Source: a bacterium
GTDB lineage: Bacteria; Chloroflexota; Dormibacteria; Aeolococcales; Bog-877
Direction of reading: 5' to 3'
Assembly (NCBI GenBank): GCA_021785655.1
Contig: JAJYET010000004.1
Location: 8,907 to 72,906 of the forward strand
Length of the DNA stretch: 64,000 nt
Numbering within the stretch: position 1 is the stretch's first letter; each line of letters begins with the position of its first letter. Positions 20,309 through 30,437 of this stretch are shown piece by piece. Made by a program: the position numbers and the translations under genes. The notes below the pieces were generated by a model. That model saw nothing but the letters and a program-made list of their open reading frames with translations, did not search any database and was not told the origin of the DNA.

Positions 20309-21556
20309 TCAGGGCCGGCCGGCCTCCGAGAGGATCAGCCTCACGACCCGCCTCGGGCCGACCCGCAGGATGGTTCCGGAGGGGAACTCCACGGGCTCGG
20401 GAGCCGCGGGGAGCCGGTGGTCTCCCAACCTCACCGCGCCCTGGCCCAGCAGGCGCAAGCCCGCGCTGCGGGAACTCGCCATCCCCGCCCGGACCAGCAG
20501 GTCGCGGGGGTCCAGAGGGCCCGGTGGGACCGCCACCACGGGGACCTCCGAGGGGAGCTCCTTGAGCCGGAAGCGGCGAAGAAACTCCTGGGCCGCCTGC
20601 TCAGCGGCGGCCTCGCCGTGGAATTCGGCGACCACCCGCCTCGCCATCAGCTCCTTCAGGTCGCGGGGATGAACAATCCCCGAACCCAGCTTCTGGGCCA
20701 GCTCCCGGGCCTCGCGCAGCGGAGTCGGGGTTGCCAGCTCCAGGTAGGGGAGGATCTGCGTATCGGGGATCGACATCAGGCGGCCGAACTGCTCGTCCGG
20801 GGCGTCGGCCACACCGACCGCGTTGCCCAGCGACTTGCTCATCTTGCGCTGACCGTCAATCCCCACCAGGAGCGGCACGGTGACCACATCCTGAGGGGCC
20901 ATCCCGTACGCCCGCTGAACCTCCCGACCCCGGAGGAGGTTGAAGAGCTGGTCTGTCCCGCCCAGTTCCACGTCGGCCGCCACCGCCACCGAGTCGTACC
21001 CCTGGAGCAACGGGTACAACAGCTCGTGGAGCCCGATCGGTCGCTCCTCGGCCATCCGCTGGCCGAAGTCCGACCGCTGCAGGAGCTGGGCCACCGTCGC
21101 GGTACCGGCCAGGCGCAGGACGTCCAGGAGCCCCAACTTCCCGAACCACTCGCTCTGCCAGCGCACCTCGGCTCCATCCCGGTCCACCACCGTGAAGAGC
21201 TGCTCCAGGTAGGTCCTGGCGTTGGCCGCCACCTCCTCCGAGGCGAGCTGGGGGCGGGTGACGGAGCGCCCGGTGGGATCGCCGATCTGCGCGGTGACGT
21301 CCCCAATGATCAGAACCGGGGTGTGCCCGAGCGCCTGCCAGCGTCGCAGCAGGCGCATGGGTACGGTGTGGCCGAGGTGGATGTCCGGGGCGCTGGGATC
21401 GATGCCGAACTTGATCCTGAGGTGCTCTCGGCGCTCCACCCTGGCCCGCAGGTGGGCCGCGTCCACGCAGTCCACCACCCCCTGCAGCAGGGCTTCCCAC
21501 CGGTCGGCGAGCGAAATGCTGGATTCCATGTCGGGGAACGTTACCGAACCGGCCAC
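20309..21556 (-). CDS. tyrS: tyrosine--tRNA ligase
   Basis: HIGH-type DIHLGHTVP and KMSKS motifs, C-terminal S4-like domain; start probably internal ATG (MESSISL, ~21529). Confidence 0.9.
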   Translation of the reverse strand: MAGSVTFPDMESSISLADRWEALLQGVVDCVDAAHLRARVERREHLRIKFGIDPSAPDIHLGHTVPMRLLRRWQALGHTPVLIIGDVTAQIGDPTGRSVTRPQLASEEVAANARTYLEQLFTVVDRDGAEVRWQSEWFGKLGLLDVLRLAGTATVAQLLQRSDFGQRMAEERPIGLHELLYPLLQGYDSVAVAADVELGGTDQLFNLLRGREVQRAYGMAPQDVVTVPLLVGIDGQRKMSKSLGNAVGVADAPDEQFGRLMSIPDTQILPYLELATPTPLREARELAQKLGSGIVHPRDLKELMARRVVAEFHGEAAAEQAAQEFLRRFRLKELPSEVPVVAVPPGPLDPRDLLVRAGMASSRSAGLRLLGQGAVRLGDHRLPAAPEPVEFPSGTILRVGPRRVVRLILSEAGRP

Positions 21557-21674
21557 CTGGTGCAGCCCCCTCCGCTCAGGGCGACCTCAGGTCGGGGCCG
21601 GGGGACGCCGGTCCATTCCGGCGCAGACGTCGCGAGGTGGCCCGGCGCCGGGCCGTCCCCGGTGGCGGTCTGGG

Positions 21675-23059
21675 GTGCAGACAGAGGTCCTGGAGACGCC
21701 CGAGCTGGGCGACCGCAGCTACGTGATCGCTGACCACCTGGAGGCGGCGGTGATCGACCCCCAGCGCGACCTGGACCGCCTCATGGGCCTCGTCGAGCGC
21801 CACGGCCGGAGGGTCCGGGTGGTCCTCGAGACCCACCTGCACAACGACTGCGTCACCGGTGGGCTGGAGCTCTCGAGGCGGACCGGGGCAACCTCTGTCG
21901 TGGCCGGCGGAGAGGAGGCCACCTTCGCCTGCTGCCCGGCGCGCGAGCAGGACACCTGGGAGGTCGGACGGGCCCGGAACAAGGTCATGCCGACACCGGG
22001 TCACACCCCCGGCCACTGCGCCTACCTGGTTCAGGGGCCGGGGCCCGAGGATCTCGCCATCTTCTCCGGAGGATCGATGCTCTTCGACACAGTTGGCCGG
22101 ACCGACCTGGTGGCGCCGGACCGGACCGAAGAGCTGAGCCGGCCCCAACACCGGTCAGTGCGCCGCTTGGCCTTCGAACTCCCAGAGTCCCTGGAGGTCC
22201 ATCCCACCCACGGCTTCGGAGGCTTCTGTGCCTCGTCGCCCGGCAGTGGCGGACAGCGCAGCTGGGTCGGAGGAGCGGCGGAGCAACCTGGCCTGCCGGA
22301 TTGAGGACGAGGCGGAGTTCGTCCGGACGCTCCGCGCCGGCCTGGGCGCCTATCCGAGCTTCTACGCCCACATGGGGCTTCTGAACCGAGCCGGCCCCGC
22401 AGCCTTGGACCTCTCGCCGCCTCCCCGCGCGACCCCGGGGGAGATCCCCTCCTGGATCGCCGCCGGCGATTGGGTGGTCGACCTTCGGCCCCGCCGCCAG
22501 TACGCCAGCTCGCACCTCCCGGGCACGGTGGGCGTGGAACACGACCCCGCCTCCTTCAACCACCTACCCGGGGTGGATGGTCCCCTGGGGCACCCCCATC
22601 ACCCTGGCGGCGAGCACCGAGGCCGAGCTGGCCTGCGCCCAGCGAGACCTCGTCAGGATCGGAATCAAGCGCCCCGCGGCCACCGTCCTCCTCCCGGCAG
22701 CCCTCGGCGACGCAGGCCGCGGGTACCGGGTCGCCAGGTGGGAGGAGCTGGCGGCCGAGCTCGACTCTCCCCGGCCCCCGGCAATCCTGGACGTCCGCGC
22801 CGAGGAGGAGTGGCGGCCCGGGCACCTGCCCGGGGCGACTTGGGTCCCCGTAGGGGGATTGCTGGCTCGCCTCGCCGACCTCCCGAAGGTGCCGACCTGG
22901 GTGCACTGGCAGGCTGGGTGCCGTGCCACCGTCGCGGCCAGCCTGCTCGACCGGGCGGACATACCGCCGGTGCTGGTCGACGATGAATTCGGGAGGGCGA
23001 CCGCTTCGGGCCTTGACTTGGTGGTTGAACTTGCCCCGAACGGGAGCGCGCCGGCCTGA
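21675..23059 (+). pseudogene. MBL-fold metallo-hydrolase fused to tandem rhodanese domains, split over three reading frames
   Basis: frame 0 (21675..22304) THLHNDCVTGG..PGHTPGH MBL; frame +1 (to ~22560) first rhodanese-like; frame +2 (22577..23059) ILDVRAEEEWRPGHLPGATWVP..VHWQAGCRAT rhodanese; two frame changes near 22290 and 22570. Confidence 0.5.
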
Positions 23060-23304
23060 CCGCGTCCTCGCGGTCCGGTGTCCCTTGACAGCTGCGGAGA
23101 AAGTGCTATGTTGGGCTCAGGTATCCGGGTTCAGACGGAGGTGTCACGTAGTGCGTACCGTCTGGAGCATGCTGAGGCACACCAGGGCGGAGTGAGCGGC
23201 CCCCCGGGGCCATCCCGGCGGAGGGTTCCGCCGCTTCGCATTGGGCCCCGGCAGAGGGCGTCTCGCCACGTTTTTCGTTCCGGCTTATCCGCCGGACGCG
23301 GTGC

Positions 23305-23895
23305 CTACAGCACCGGTGACACATGGGAGCGGGCCACTGAGCCCGCTCCTCTTTTTCCCCTCACCGTACCGGCCAGGTAGTACCGAAGGGGCGCGGGGTC
23401 TCGTACCCCTACCCGGGGACCGGACTCCACCGGCTGCGGCGCCGCACCGGCCTCCAGCCAGAGGTCTGTGCTCTCGGAGCAGAGGTCCACACGATTGTCC
23501 GCCAGGGTCACCTCGAGGGCGCGGCAGAGAAGTGCCGGGCCTCCCACCACCTCGCCGGAGGTCCGCCGGCCCGCCCGAAGGAGGACCGCCTCGGCTTCTC
23601 CGGCGGGCCCCGTCACCACGTTCAGGCAGTGATGCATCCCATAGATGAAATAGACGTAGGCGTGGCCCGCCGGTCCGTACATGGGCAGGTTGCGGGGCGT
23701 GGGGCCCCGGTGGGCATGCGACGCGGGATCCGATTCCCCTAGATAGGCCTCCACCTCCAGGAGCTCCAGCCTCACCAGTCCGTTCGGACCCCGCCGGACC
23801 AGCCAGCACCCCACCAGCTCTCGAGCCACCTCGGGGCTGGAGCGGGCGAAGAATCGTCGACCCAGGCGCGGCCCCACCTCGGTCACCGGGCCCTT
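23305..23895 (-). CDS. mpg: DNA-3-methyladenine glycosylase (Mpg/AAG family)
   Basis: MYGPAGHAYVYFIYGMHHCLNVV motif; N-terminal part of track ORF is pheT overlap artefact. Confidence 0.8.
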   Translation of the reverse strand, partial: KGPVTEVGPRLGRRFFARSSPEVARELVGCWLVRRGPNGLVRLELLEVEAYLGESDPASHAHRGPTPRNLPMYGPAGHAYVYFIYGMHHCLNVVTGPAGEAEAVLLRAGRRTSGEVVGGPALLCRALEVTLADNRVDLCSESTDLWLEAGAAPQPVESGPRVGVRDPAPLRYYLAGTVRGKRGAGSVARSHVSPVL

Positions 23896-26270
23896 GCGCC
23901 CACCTCCAGCTCCAGCACCCGCAGAACGGCCTGGCGAACCCCGTCCCCCTCGGCGGTCGTCAGGGTGCGCTCCGGGTGACGGAGGCGGAGCCGGAGTGTC
24001 CAGCCCTTGAATCCCGGGCCGAGCTGGTCCCCGAGGAACTCGTCGATGGGGGTTACCAGCTCCAATTCCGGTAGATCCAGCGCCGCTACCGCCCGGAGCG
24101 CTGGCCCCAAGAGGGCCCGGCTGGGGACCGTCACCGAGAGGTCGAGCACCAGCGCCGGGGTGCGCGGGAGGGACGGAGCGCGACCCGGGCGGCCCCCGGG
24201 CTTGAGCCAGCCATCCAGGCGGAGCTCGGCGACTTCCACCCGGCCCCGGATGTCGAAGGCGTCGGCCACCGGCTGGGCCACCTCGCCCACGATCCCGCGG
24301 CGCTCCGCGCCGGCCCACACCTCGGCTGCTCGGGCCCGGTGGAGAGCGGGCCACGTGACCGGCCGGAATTCCACCACCCCGCCACCGCCGACGCTGGATA
24401 GAGAGGCGATGAGGGCCATGAGGTGTCGCAGACGGGTGACCGCATCTGCGGCGCCGTCGTCTTCCAGGTCCAGGACAGCCAGCATCCAGGGCTCCTCCGG
24501 CCGCTCCTGGCCCCGAGCCCAGAAGGCCGCTCCCTGCTCGAAGAGACGGACCTTGTCCTGGCCGCGCGCCTGGTTGTGGTGGGCGCTCTGGAGCAGCCCC
24601 TGCAGCAGGCCCAGGCGCAGGCTCCCCAACTGCGCGGAGAGAGGATTGGCCAGCTCCAGGTGAGGAAGGTCCCTGCGCAGACGTGGCGCCAGCGCCTCTC
24701 TCTCCCCGGACACCAGGCTGAGGCTCAGAGCCTCGCTGAAGCCGGCGGCCCGGCAGGTGGTGGAGGTCAGGCGGGCAACCGGCTCCTCCAGCGCCTCCGG
24801 GGGGGGTGCTTGGCGGATTGGGGGCAGTGTCCCGGGGACCTCGCGGTACCCGATGATCCTCCCGACCTCCTCGGCGAGGTCCACGGCTGTCGAGACGTCG
24901 GTGCGGTAGGGGGGCGGGGTTGCGAGCACCTCCCCTCCCTCCTGACGCACTTCGAACTGGAGGCGACGCAAGGGACTGGCTACCTCGTCCGGTCCGAGCT
25001 CCATCCCCAGGATTGAGGAGATCCACACGGGGTCGCAGCGGATGGCCGCCGCCGGTGCCAGTGGCGCGCCCCCGACCGCGCCCGGTCCCAGGGTGGCCCC
25101 CAGGTGGCGCACCGCCAGGTGGATGAAGCGGTCCGCCCCCCGCCTGGCGAGATGGGGCGAGAGTTGGCGCTCGAAACGGCCGGAGGCCTCGGTCCGGAGA
25201 CGCAGCCGCCGCGAGGTGGAGCGCAGCAGCGCCCAGTTGAAGTTGGCGGCCTCCAGAAGCACCTGACTCGTGCCCCGTCCCACCGCGGACGCCTCCCCCC
25301 CAATCAGGCCGGCCACGGCCTGAGGGGCATCCCCCACGGTGATCACCAAGGTCTCGGCATCGAGCTCCCGCGCAACTCCGTCCAGGCAGGCGATGGACTC
25401 CCCTTCCCGGCCGCGCCTCACTCCCACCTCAAGCCCCCTCTCCACCCCCGGCAGCCGGTTCAGGTCGAAGGTGTGCAGCGGCTGCCCGATCTCGAACATG
25501 ACGTAGTTGGCGAGGTCCACGATCCCCCCCAGCGATCGCTGCCCGATAGCCGCCAGGCGCCGCCGGACGAAGTCCGGGGCTGGCGCCTCACTGAACCCGA
25601 TTAGGACCTCAGCGAGATAGACCGGACAGTCGGTTGGGGAATCGACGGTCACCTGGACCGAGGGGCTCAAGGAGGAGCGAGTGGGCCGGCTGGCCTCAGG
25701 GTCTCGCAGCGGCCGCGAGAGCAGTGCCGAGAGCTCCCGCGCCACGCCCCAGTGGGAGAGGCAGTCAGCGCGGTTGCTGAGGACCTCCAGCTCGTACAGG
25801 TGGTCGGCGGGGTAAAGCCGGTCCAGCGTCGTCCCGCGCTCGGCGTCGTCCGGGCTGAGGATGAGCACCCCGTCGTGGTCCGAGCCCAGCCCCAGCTCGT
25901 CCGGGGCGCAGAGCATCCCCTCGCTCCAGATTCCCCGGAGCCGCTTCCGCCCGATCTCCGCCCCGATCGGCAGCCGGGTGCCGGGACGGGCCCATGGCAC
26001 CAGCGCCCCCACAAAGAGGTTGTCGGCGCCACAGATCACCTCCCTGGGCTCCTGCCCGGGCGTGGCGACATGGGCCAGGAAGAGGTGGTCGCTCCCCTCC
26101 ACGCGGCGCAGACCGACCACTTCGCCTACCACGACCTGGTCCAACCCCACCCCGAACGCAGTGACCTTCTCCACCTCGGTCCCGCTCAGGGTGAGGAGAT
26201 CCGCGACCTGTGCGGGCTCGACGCCCTCCAGGTCGACCATCTCCCCCAGCCACTCGTGGCTCACCCTCAC
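23883..26270 (-). CDS. pheT: phenylalanine--tRNA ligase beta subunit
   Basis: 795 aa with tRNA-binding, B3/B4, B5 and C-terminal anticodon-binding domains. Confidence 0.95.
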   Translation of the reverse strand: MRVSHEWLGEMVDLEGVEPAQVADLLTLSGTEVEKVTAFGVGLDQVVVGEVVGLRRVEGSDHLFLAHVATPGQEPREVICGADNLFVGALVPWARPGTRLPIGAEIGRKRLRGIWSEGMLCAPDELGLGSDHDGVLILSPDDAERGTTLDRLYPADHLYELEVLSNRADCLSHWGVARELSALLSRPLRDPEASRPTRSSLSPSVQVTVDSPTDCPVYLAEVLIGFSEAPAPDFVRRRLAAIGQRSLGGIVDLANYVMFEIGQPLHTFDLNRLPGVERGLEVGVRRGREGESIACLDGVARELDAETLVITVGDAPQAVAGLIGGEASAVGRGTSQVLLEAANFNWALLRSTSRRLRLRTEASGRFERQLSPHLARRGADRFIHLAVRHLGATLGPGAVGGAPLAPAAAIRCDPVWISSILGMELGPDEVASPLRRLQFEVRQEGGEVLATPPPYRTDVSTAVDLAEEVGRIIGYREVPGTLPPIRQAPPPEALEEPVARLTSTTCRAAGFSEALSLSLVSGEREALAPRLRRDLPHLELANPLSAQLGSLRLGLLQGLLQSAHHNQARGQDKVRLFEQGAAFWARGQERPEEPWMLAVLDLEDDGAADAVTRLRHLMALIASLSSVGGGGVVEFRPVTWPALHRARAAEVWAGAERRGIVGEVAQPVADAFDIRGRVEVAELRLDGWLKPGGRPGRAPSLPRTPALVLDLSVTVPSRALLGPALRAVAALDLPELELVTPIDEFLGDQLGPGFKGWTLRLRLRHPERTLTTAEGDGVRQAVLRVLELEVGARAR

Positions 26271-27305
26271 TCAGAAACACTCCAAGAGGCGCAGATCGTT
26301 CTCGTACAGGTCGCGCAGATCGGTCAACCCGTAGCGCAGGACGGCGATCCGGTCCGGCCCCATGCCGAAGGCGAAGCCGCTGTGGGTCTCCGGGTCCACT
26401 CCGCCGTTGCGCAGCACCTCGGGGTGTACCATCCCCGACCCCAGGATCTCGATCCAGCCCTTCTGCAGACAGGTCCGGCAACCCACGCCCTGGCAGACAG
26501 CGCAGGCGACGTCCGCCTCCAGGCTGGGCTCGGTGTAAGGGAAGAAGCTGGCCCTGAGGCGCACCCGGCGATCCCCGCCGAACAGCGCCCGGATGACATA
26601 TTCCAGGGTGCCCTTCAAGTCCCCCAGCGTCACCCCGCGGTCGACGCACAGGCCCTCCACTTGGTGGAAGACCGGGGTGTGGGTGGGATCGGGGTTGTCC
26701 CGGCGGGCCACCCTTCCGGGGACGATGATCCGGAGCGGCGGCCGGGACCCCAGCATCGCCCGCATCTGGACCGGCGAGGTGTGGGTCCGGTAGAGCCAGC
26801 CGCCAGCGGGCGGGCTGAGGTAAAAGGTGTCGTGGGCATCCCGGGCGGGATGTTCCGGTGGCATGTTGAGCAGCTGGAAGTTGTGCTGGTCGTCCTCCAG
26901 CTCGGGTCCGGCCACCGACTGATAGCCGAGGAAGGCGAAGACATCCTCGATCTCCCGGATCAGCCCCGCCACCGGGTGCGGATGGCCCTGTCCTGGCTCC
27001 CGGAAGGGGTGGCTCATGTCCACCCACTCCGCATCCTCCCGCTCTGCCTCCTCCCCCGCCGCCAGCTCCCGCTGCCGGGTCTCCAGGGCCGCACGGAGCT
27101 CGCCGCTCGCTCGGTTGAACGCCTGACCGTAAGCGGCCCGCTGATCGGGGCTGAGCTCCCGGAGGCGCTGACCAGCCAGGGTCACCAGACCGTCCCTCCG
27201 GCCGAGGTAGCGCAGCCGCACCTCATCCAGCCCCTCTAGGCTGTCCGCCCCGGCGATCTCCTCCAGGGCCATCGCGGTGAGCTCCTGGAGGTCGACCGAG
27301 GTCAC
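26271..27305 (-). CDS. pheS: phenylalanine--tRNA ligase alpha subunit
   Basis: class II motifs (FRxE.., GxGxGxER), 344 aa, directly upstream of pheT. Confidence 0.95.
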   Translation of the reverse strand: MTSVDLQELTAMALEEIAGADSLEGLDEVRLRYLGRRDGLVTLAGQRLRELSPDQRAAYGQAFNRASGELRAALETRQRELAAGEEAEREDAEWVDMSHPFREPGQGHPHPVAGLIREIEDVFAFLGYQSVAGPELEDDQHNFQLLNMPPEHPARDAHDTFYLSPPAGGWLYRTHTSPVQMRAMLGSRPPLRIIVPGRVARRDNPDPTHTPVFHQVEGLCVDRGVTLGDLKGTLEYVIRALFGGDRRVRLRASFFPYTEPSLEADVACAVCQGVGCRTCLQKGWIEILGSGMVHPEVLRNGGVDPETHSGFAFGMGPDRIAVLRYGLTDLRDLYENDLRLLECF

Positions 27306-27664
27306 TGCGGGGTGGTCCCCTCCTTGGCCAGCTCGACCAGCTTGGCGAACGCCCCGGGGTCCCTAACGGCCAGCTCGGCCATCTCCTTGCGGGAGAGCAT
27401 CACCCCGGCCCCGCCGATGGCGGCCATGAAGCGGCTGTAGGTGATCCCGCTCTGCCGAACCGCGGCGTTGATGCGAGCGATCCACAGCCGGCGAAAGTCG
27501 CCCTTGCGGCGGCGGCGGTCGCGGTACTGGTAGGCCAGCTTGTGCATGACCGCCTCATGGGCGGGCCGGTAGAGGCGGTTGTGGGAGCCGGTGAGACCGG
27601 AGGCCTCCTCCAGGAGGCGCTTGTGGCGCTTGCGGGCCGTCACGCCCCGCTTGACCCGGGCCAC
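27302..27664 (-). CDS. rplT: 50S ribosomal protein L20
   Basis: MARVKRGVTARKRHKRLL. Confidence 0.95.
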   Translation of the reverse strand: MARVKRGVTARKRHKRLLEEASGLTGSHNRLYRPAHEAVMHKLAYQYRDRRRRKGDFRRLWIARINAAVRQSGITYSRFMAAIGGAGVMLSRKEMAELAVRDPGAFAKLVELAKEGTTPQ

Positions 27665-27667
27665 CGC

Positions 27668-27871
27668 TCAGCCCTCCAGGTACGGCGCGTTGCGCCGCAC
27701 CACCTTGGCGTCCCCGGAGTCGACCGCCTTCATCTGCGCGTACCCACGCTTGCGCTTGGCCGACTTGTGCTCCAGAAGATGGGACTGGAATGCTCCCCGG
27801 CGGAGCAGCTTGCCCCCGCCCGAGACCCGAAAGCGCTTCTGGGTCCCCTTATGGCTGCGGATCTTGGGCAT
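27668..27871 (-). CDS. rpmI: 50S ribosomal protein L35
   Basis: MPKIRSHKGTQKRFRVSGGGK. Confidence 0.9.
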   Translation of the reverse strand: MPKIRSHKGTQKRFRVSGGGKLLRRGAFQSHLLEHKSAKRKRGYAQMKAVDSGDAKVVRRNAPYLEG

Positions 27872-28415
27872 TGTGGTTCGCCTCTCCCCTGCTGGGCTTC
27901 TTCTGCACCGGATTGAGAATCATGATCATGTTGCGCCCCTCCAGGAGGGGCTGCCGCTCCACCTGGGCCACGTCCTTCACCTCTTCGGCCAGCCGCTGCA
28001 GCAGCGCCCGCCCGATTTCCTGGTGGACCAGCTCGCGGCCCCTGAACATGATAGTGAGCTTGACCTTGTCGCCATCCTCCAGGAAGTGACGCACGTATCC
28101 GTACTTGGTCTGGAAATCGTGGTCGCTGATCTTGGGACGGAGCTTCATCTCCTTGAGGCGGATGGCGTTGTGCTCCCGACGAGCCTCCTTCTCCCTCTTC
28201 AGGGCTTCGAACTTGAATCGGCCATAGTCCATGAGCCGACACACCGGAGGTTGGGCCTGGGGCGCCACCTCCACCAGGTCGAGTCCCCTCTCTTGGGCCA
28301 GCCGCTGGGCCTCCGCCAGGGTCACGATCCCCAGCGCCTCGTCGGTCGTGTCGTCGAAGAGCCGGACCTGCGGGGTCCGGATCTGGTCATTGATGTGCAG
28401 CTCGCGAAACGCTAT
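27849..28415 (-). CDS. infC: translation initiation factor IF-3 with probable non-AUG (AUA) start
   Basis: in-frame upstream extension IAFRELHINDQIRTPQVRLFDDTTDEALGIV.. matches IF-3 N-domain; GAGGAGGA SD then ATA at 28415..28413; track ORF began at an internal GTG. Confidence 0.8.
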   Translation of the reverse strand: MAFRELHINDQIRTPQVRLFDDTTDEALGIVTLAEAQRLAQERGLDLVEVAPQAQPPVCRLMDYGRFKFEALKREKEARREHNAIRLKEMKLRPKISDHDFQTKYGYVRHFLEDGDKVKLTIMFRGRELVHQEIGRALLQRLAEEVKDVAQVERQPLLEGRNMIMILNPVQKKPSRGEANHNAQDPQP

Positions 28416-28486
28416 GGACGCATCCTCCTCAGCTCAGGCCAGAGGGGCCGATGCTATCACGTGCAAGGCCATGCGCCCTGGGGCCT

Positions 28487-30229
28487 TCAACCTCCGTCCA
28501 TCTCCTCGGCCAGCCTCGCCGCCACCTCCTCGATCCCAAGGAGGGTCTTGGTCCCGCGCCGCGCATCACGGAGATTGACCTGGTGGGCCTCCACCTCCCG
28601 GCGCCCGACCACGGCCAGGTACGGGACCTTGGCGAGTTCCCCGTCCCGGATCTGGGCCGGCATCGTCTCCCCAGGGCGGGGAGCGGAGATCCTGATTCCC
28701 CTGGCCTCCAGAGCCGCCACCACCTCGAGGGCATACGGCAGCTGGTCGTCGCTGACCGTGACCATGCGCACCTGCTCCGGGCTCAGCCAGAAGGGCAGGG
28801 CGCCGCCGTAGTGCTCCAACAGCACCCCGAAGAAGCGCTCCAGGGATCCCAGCAAGGCCCGGTGGACCATGATGGGCCTGTGGGCGGCGCCGTCCGCACC
28901 GATGTACTCCAGCTGGAAGCGTTCCGGCTCGTTGAAGTCGAACTGCACCGTGCTGCACTGCCAGCGGCGACCCATCGCGTCCCGGATGTGGATGTCCACC
29001 TTGGGGCCGTAGAAGGCGCCCTCTCCGGGGTTGACCTTGAACTCCATCCCCCGCCGCCGAAGGGCGCGGTCCAGAGCGGCCTCGGCCAGCTCCCACATCC
29101 GATCCGCACCCGCGGCCTTGGCCGGCTTGGTGCTGAGGTCCACCTCCAGTTCCTTGAAGCCGAATCGGGAGAGCATCTCCGAGGCCAGCTGAAGGACCCC
29201 CACGACCTCCTCCTCGGCCTGCTCCTCGGTGCAGAAGATGTGCGCGTCGTCCTGGGTGATCCCCCTGACCCGCAGGAGCCCGTGCAGAGTGCCGCTGCGC
29301 TGGAAACGGTAGACCGAGGCGATCTCGGCCAGCCGCAGCGGCAGCTCGCGATAGCTGCGGGGACGGGAGCGGTAGATGAGGATGTGGAAGGGGCAGCTCA
29401 TCGGCTTCACCCGATAGCGATCCCCCTCGACGGCGATCGGCCCGTACATCTCGTCCGCGAAGAAGCCAAGGTGGCCGCTGACCTCCCAGAGGTGCTCCCG
29501 GGCCAGGTGAGGGGTGTACACGAGCTGGTATCCGCCCCGCTGGTGCTCACGCCGCCAGTAGTCCTCCATGACCGTCCGAACCACGGCCCCCCGGGGATGC
29601 CAGAGCACCAGTCCGCCGCCCAGCTCCTCGGGTAGGGAGAAAAGGTCCAGCTCTCGCCCCAGCCGGCGGTGGTCCCGCTGCCGGGCCATCTCCAGCCGCT
29701 CCAGGTACTCCTCCAGCTCCCTGGAGCTGAGGAAGGCGGTGCCGTAAACCCGCTGGAGCATCGGTTGGTTCTCGTCCCCGTGCCAGTAGGCGCCAGCCGT
29801 GTGGAGCAGCCGGAAGGCCGGGATGTGGGAGGCCCGCGGGACGTGGGGCCCGCGGCAGAGGTCGAAGAAATCGCCGGTCCGGTAGCAGGTGATCAGCTCC
29901 CCCTCGGGGATCCTCTCGATCAGCTCCACCTTGAAGCGCTGGGAGCGGCCGCGGAACTCCGAGAGCGCGCCGTTTCGATCCACCTCCAACCGCTCGTAGG
30001 CGGGATCCCGAGCCTGGATCTCCCGCATCCGCTGCTCGATGGCGGGGAGATCGGAGTCGCTGATCCTGGCTCCCCCCGGCAAGAGGAAGTCGTAGTAGAA
30101 GCCGTCCTCGATGGCCGGCCCGATGGCGTACTCGGCCCCCGGGTACAGCTCGCACACCGCCGCCGCCATAAGGTGGGCGGCGCTGTGGCGCAGAACATCC
30201 AGATCGATCCCTTCCATCTGATCTCGCAT
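28487..30229 (-). CDS. thrS: threonine--tRNA ligase (short form without N-terminal extension)
   Basis: class II catalytic core and C-terminal anticodon-binding domain; 580 aa. Confidence 0.9.
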   Translation of the reverse strand: MRDQMEGIDLDVLRHSAAHLMAAAVCELYPGAEYAIGPAIEDGFYYDFLLPGGARISDSDLPAIEQRMREIQARDPAYERLEVDRNGALSEFRGRSQRFKVELIERIPEGELITCYRTGDFFDLCRGPHVPRASHIPAFRLLHTAGAYWHGDENQPMLQRVYGTAFLSSRELEEYLERLEMARQRDHRRLGRELDLFSLPEELGGGLVLWHPRGAVVRTVMEDYWRREHQRGGYQLVYTPHLAREHLWEVSGHLGFFADEMYGPIAVEGDRYRVKPMSCPFHILIYRSRPRSYRELPLRLAEIASVYRFQRSGTLHGLLRVRGITQDDAHIFCTEEQAEEEVVGVLQLASEMLSRFGFKELEVDLSTKPAKAAGADRMWELAEAALDRALRRRGMEFKVNPGEGAFYGPKVDIHIRDAMGRRWQCSTVQFDFNEPERFQLEYIGADGAAHRPIMVHRALLGSLERFFGVLLEHYGGALPFWLSPEQVRMVTVSDDQLPYALEVVAALEARGIRISAPRPGETMPAQIRDGELAKVPYLAVVGRREVEAHQVNLRDARRGTKTLLGIEEVAARLAEEMDGG

Positions 30230-30272
30230 TCTAGGGGCGGGGCCCCGCTCTGGGAACGGACGAGCGGCGGCT

Positions 30273-30278
30273 ATAATC
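30273..30278 (+). promoter_or_regulatory. -10 hexamer TATAAT for tRNA-Val
   Basis: perfect TATAAT 13 nt upstream of mature tRNA 5' end. Confidence 0.4.
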
Positions 30279-30291
30279 CGAACCCTGCGGC

Positions 30292-30368
30292 GGGCGCATA
30301 GCTCAGGTGGTTAGAGCGCTACCCTGACACGGTAGAGGCCCCAGGTTCGACTCCTGGTGCGCCCACCA
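30292..30368 (+). tRNA. tRNA-Val (anticodon GAC), CCA encoded; integration target
   Basis: GGGCGCATAGCTCAGGTGGTTAGAGCGCTACCCTGACACGGTAGAGGCCCCAGGTTCGACTCCTGGTGCGCCCACCA; anticodon loop CTGACAC. Confidence 0.9.
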
Positions 30369-30372
30369 GCCT
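30319..30372 (+). repeat. attL core (54 bp, 3' part of tRNA-Val)
   Basis: ctaccctgacacggtagaggccccaggttcgactcctggtgcgcccaccagcct identical to 49839..49892. Confidence 0.85.
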
Positions 30373-30408
30373 CCGCTTTTTCCGGGTTTCAAAAGGGATT
30401 TCGGGCCC

Positions 30409-30437
30409 TTGACAGAAAGTGCAGGGAGTGCTAATCT
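30409..30437 (+). promoter_or_regulatory. sigma70-like promoter upstream of integrase (TTGACA-17-TAATCT)
   Basis: TTGACA at 30409, 17-nt spacer, TAATCT at 30432. Confidence 0.4.

Noticed and set aside
23305-25026. 573-aa minus-strand ORF upstream of mpg
   Set aside because: Alternate frame of pheT; only the last ~195 aa encode Mpg.
30368-30390. T-run (cgctttttccg) just after tRNA-Val as a terminator
   Set aside because: No convincing GC-rich stem precedes it other than the tRNA acceptor stem itself.
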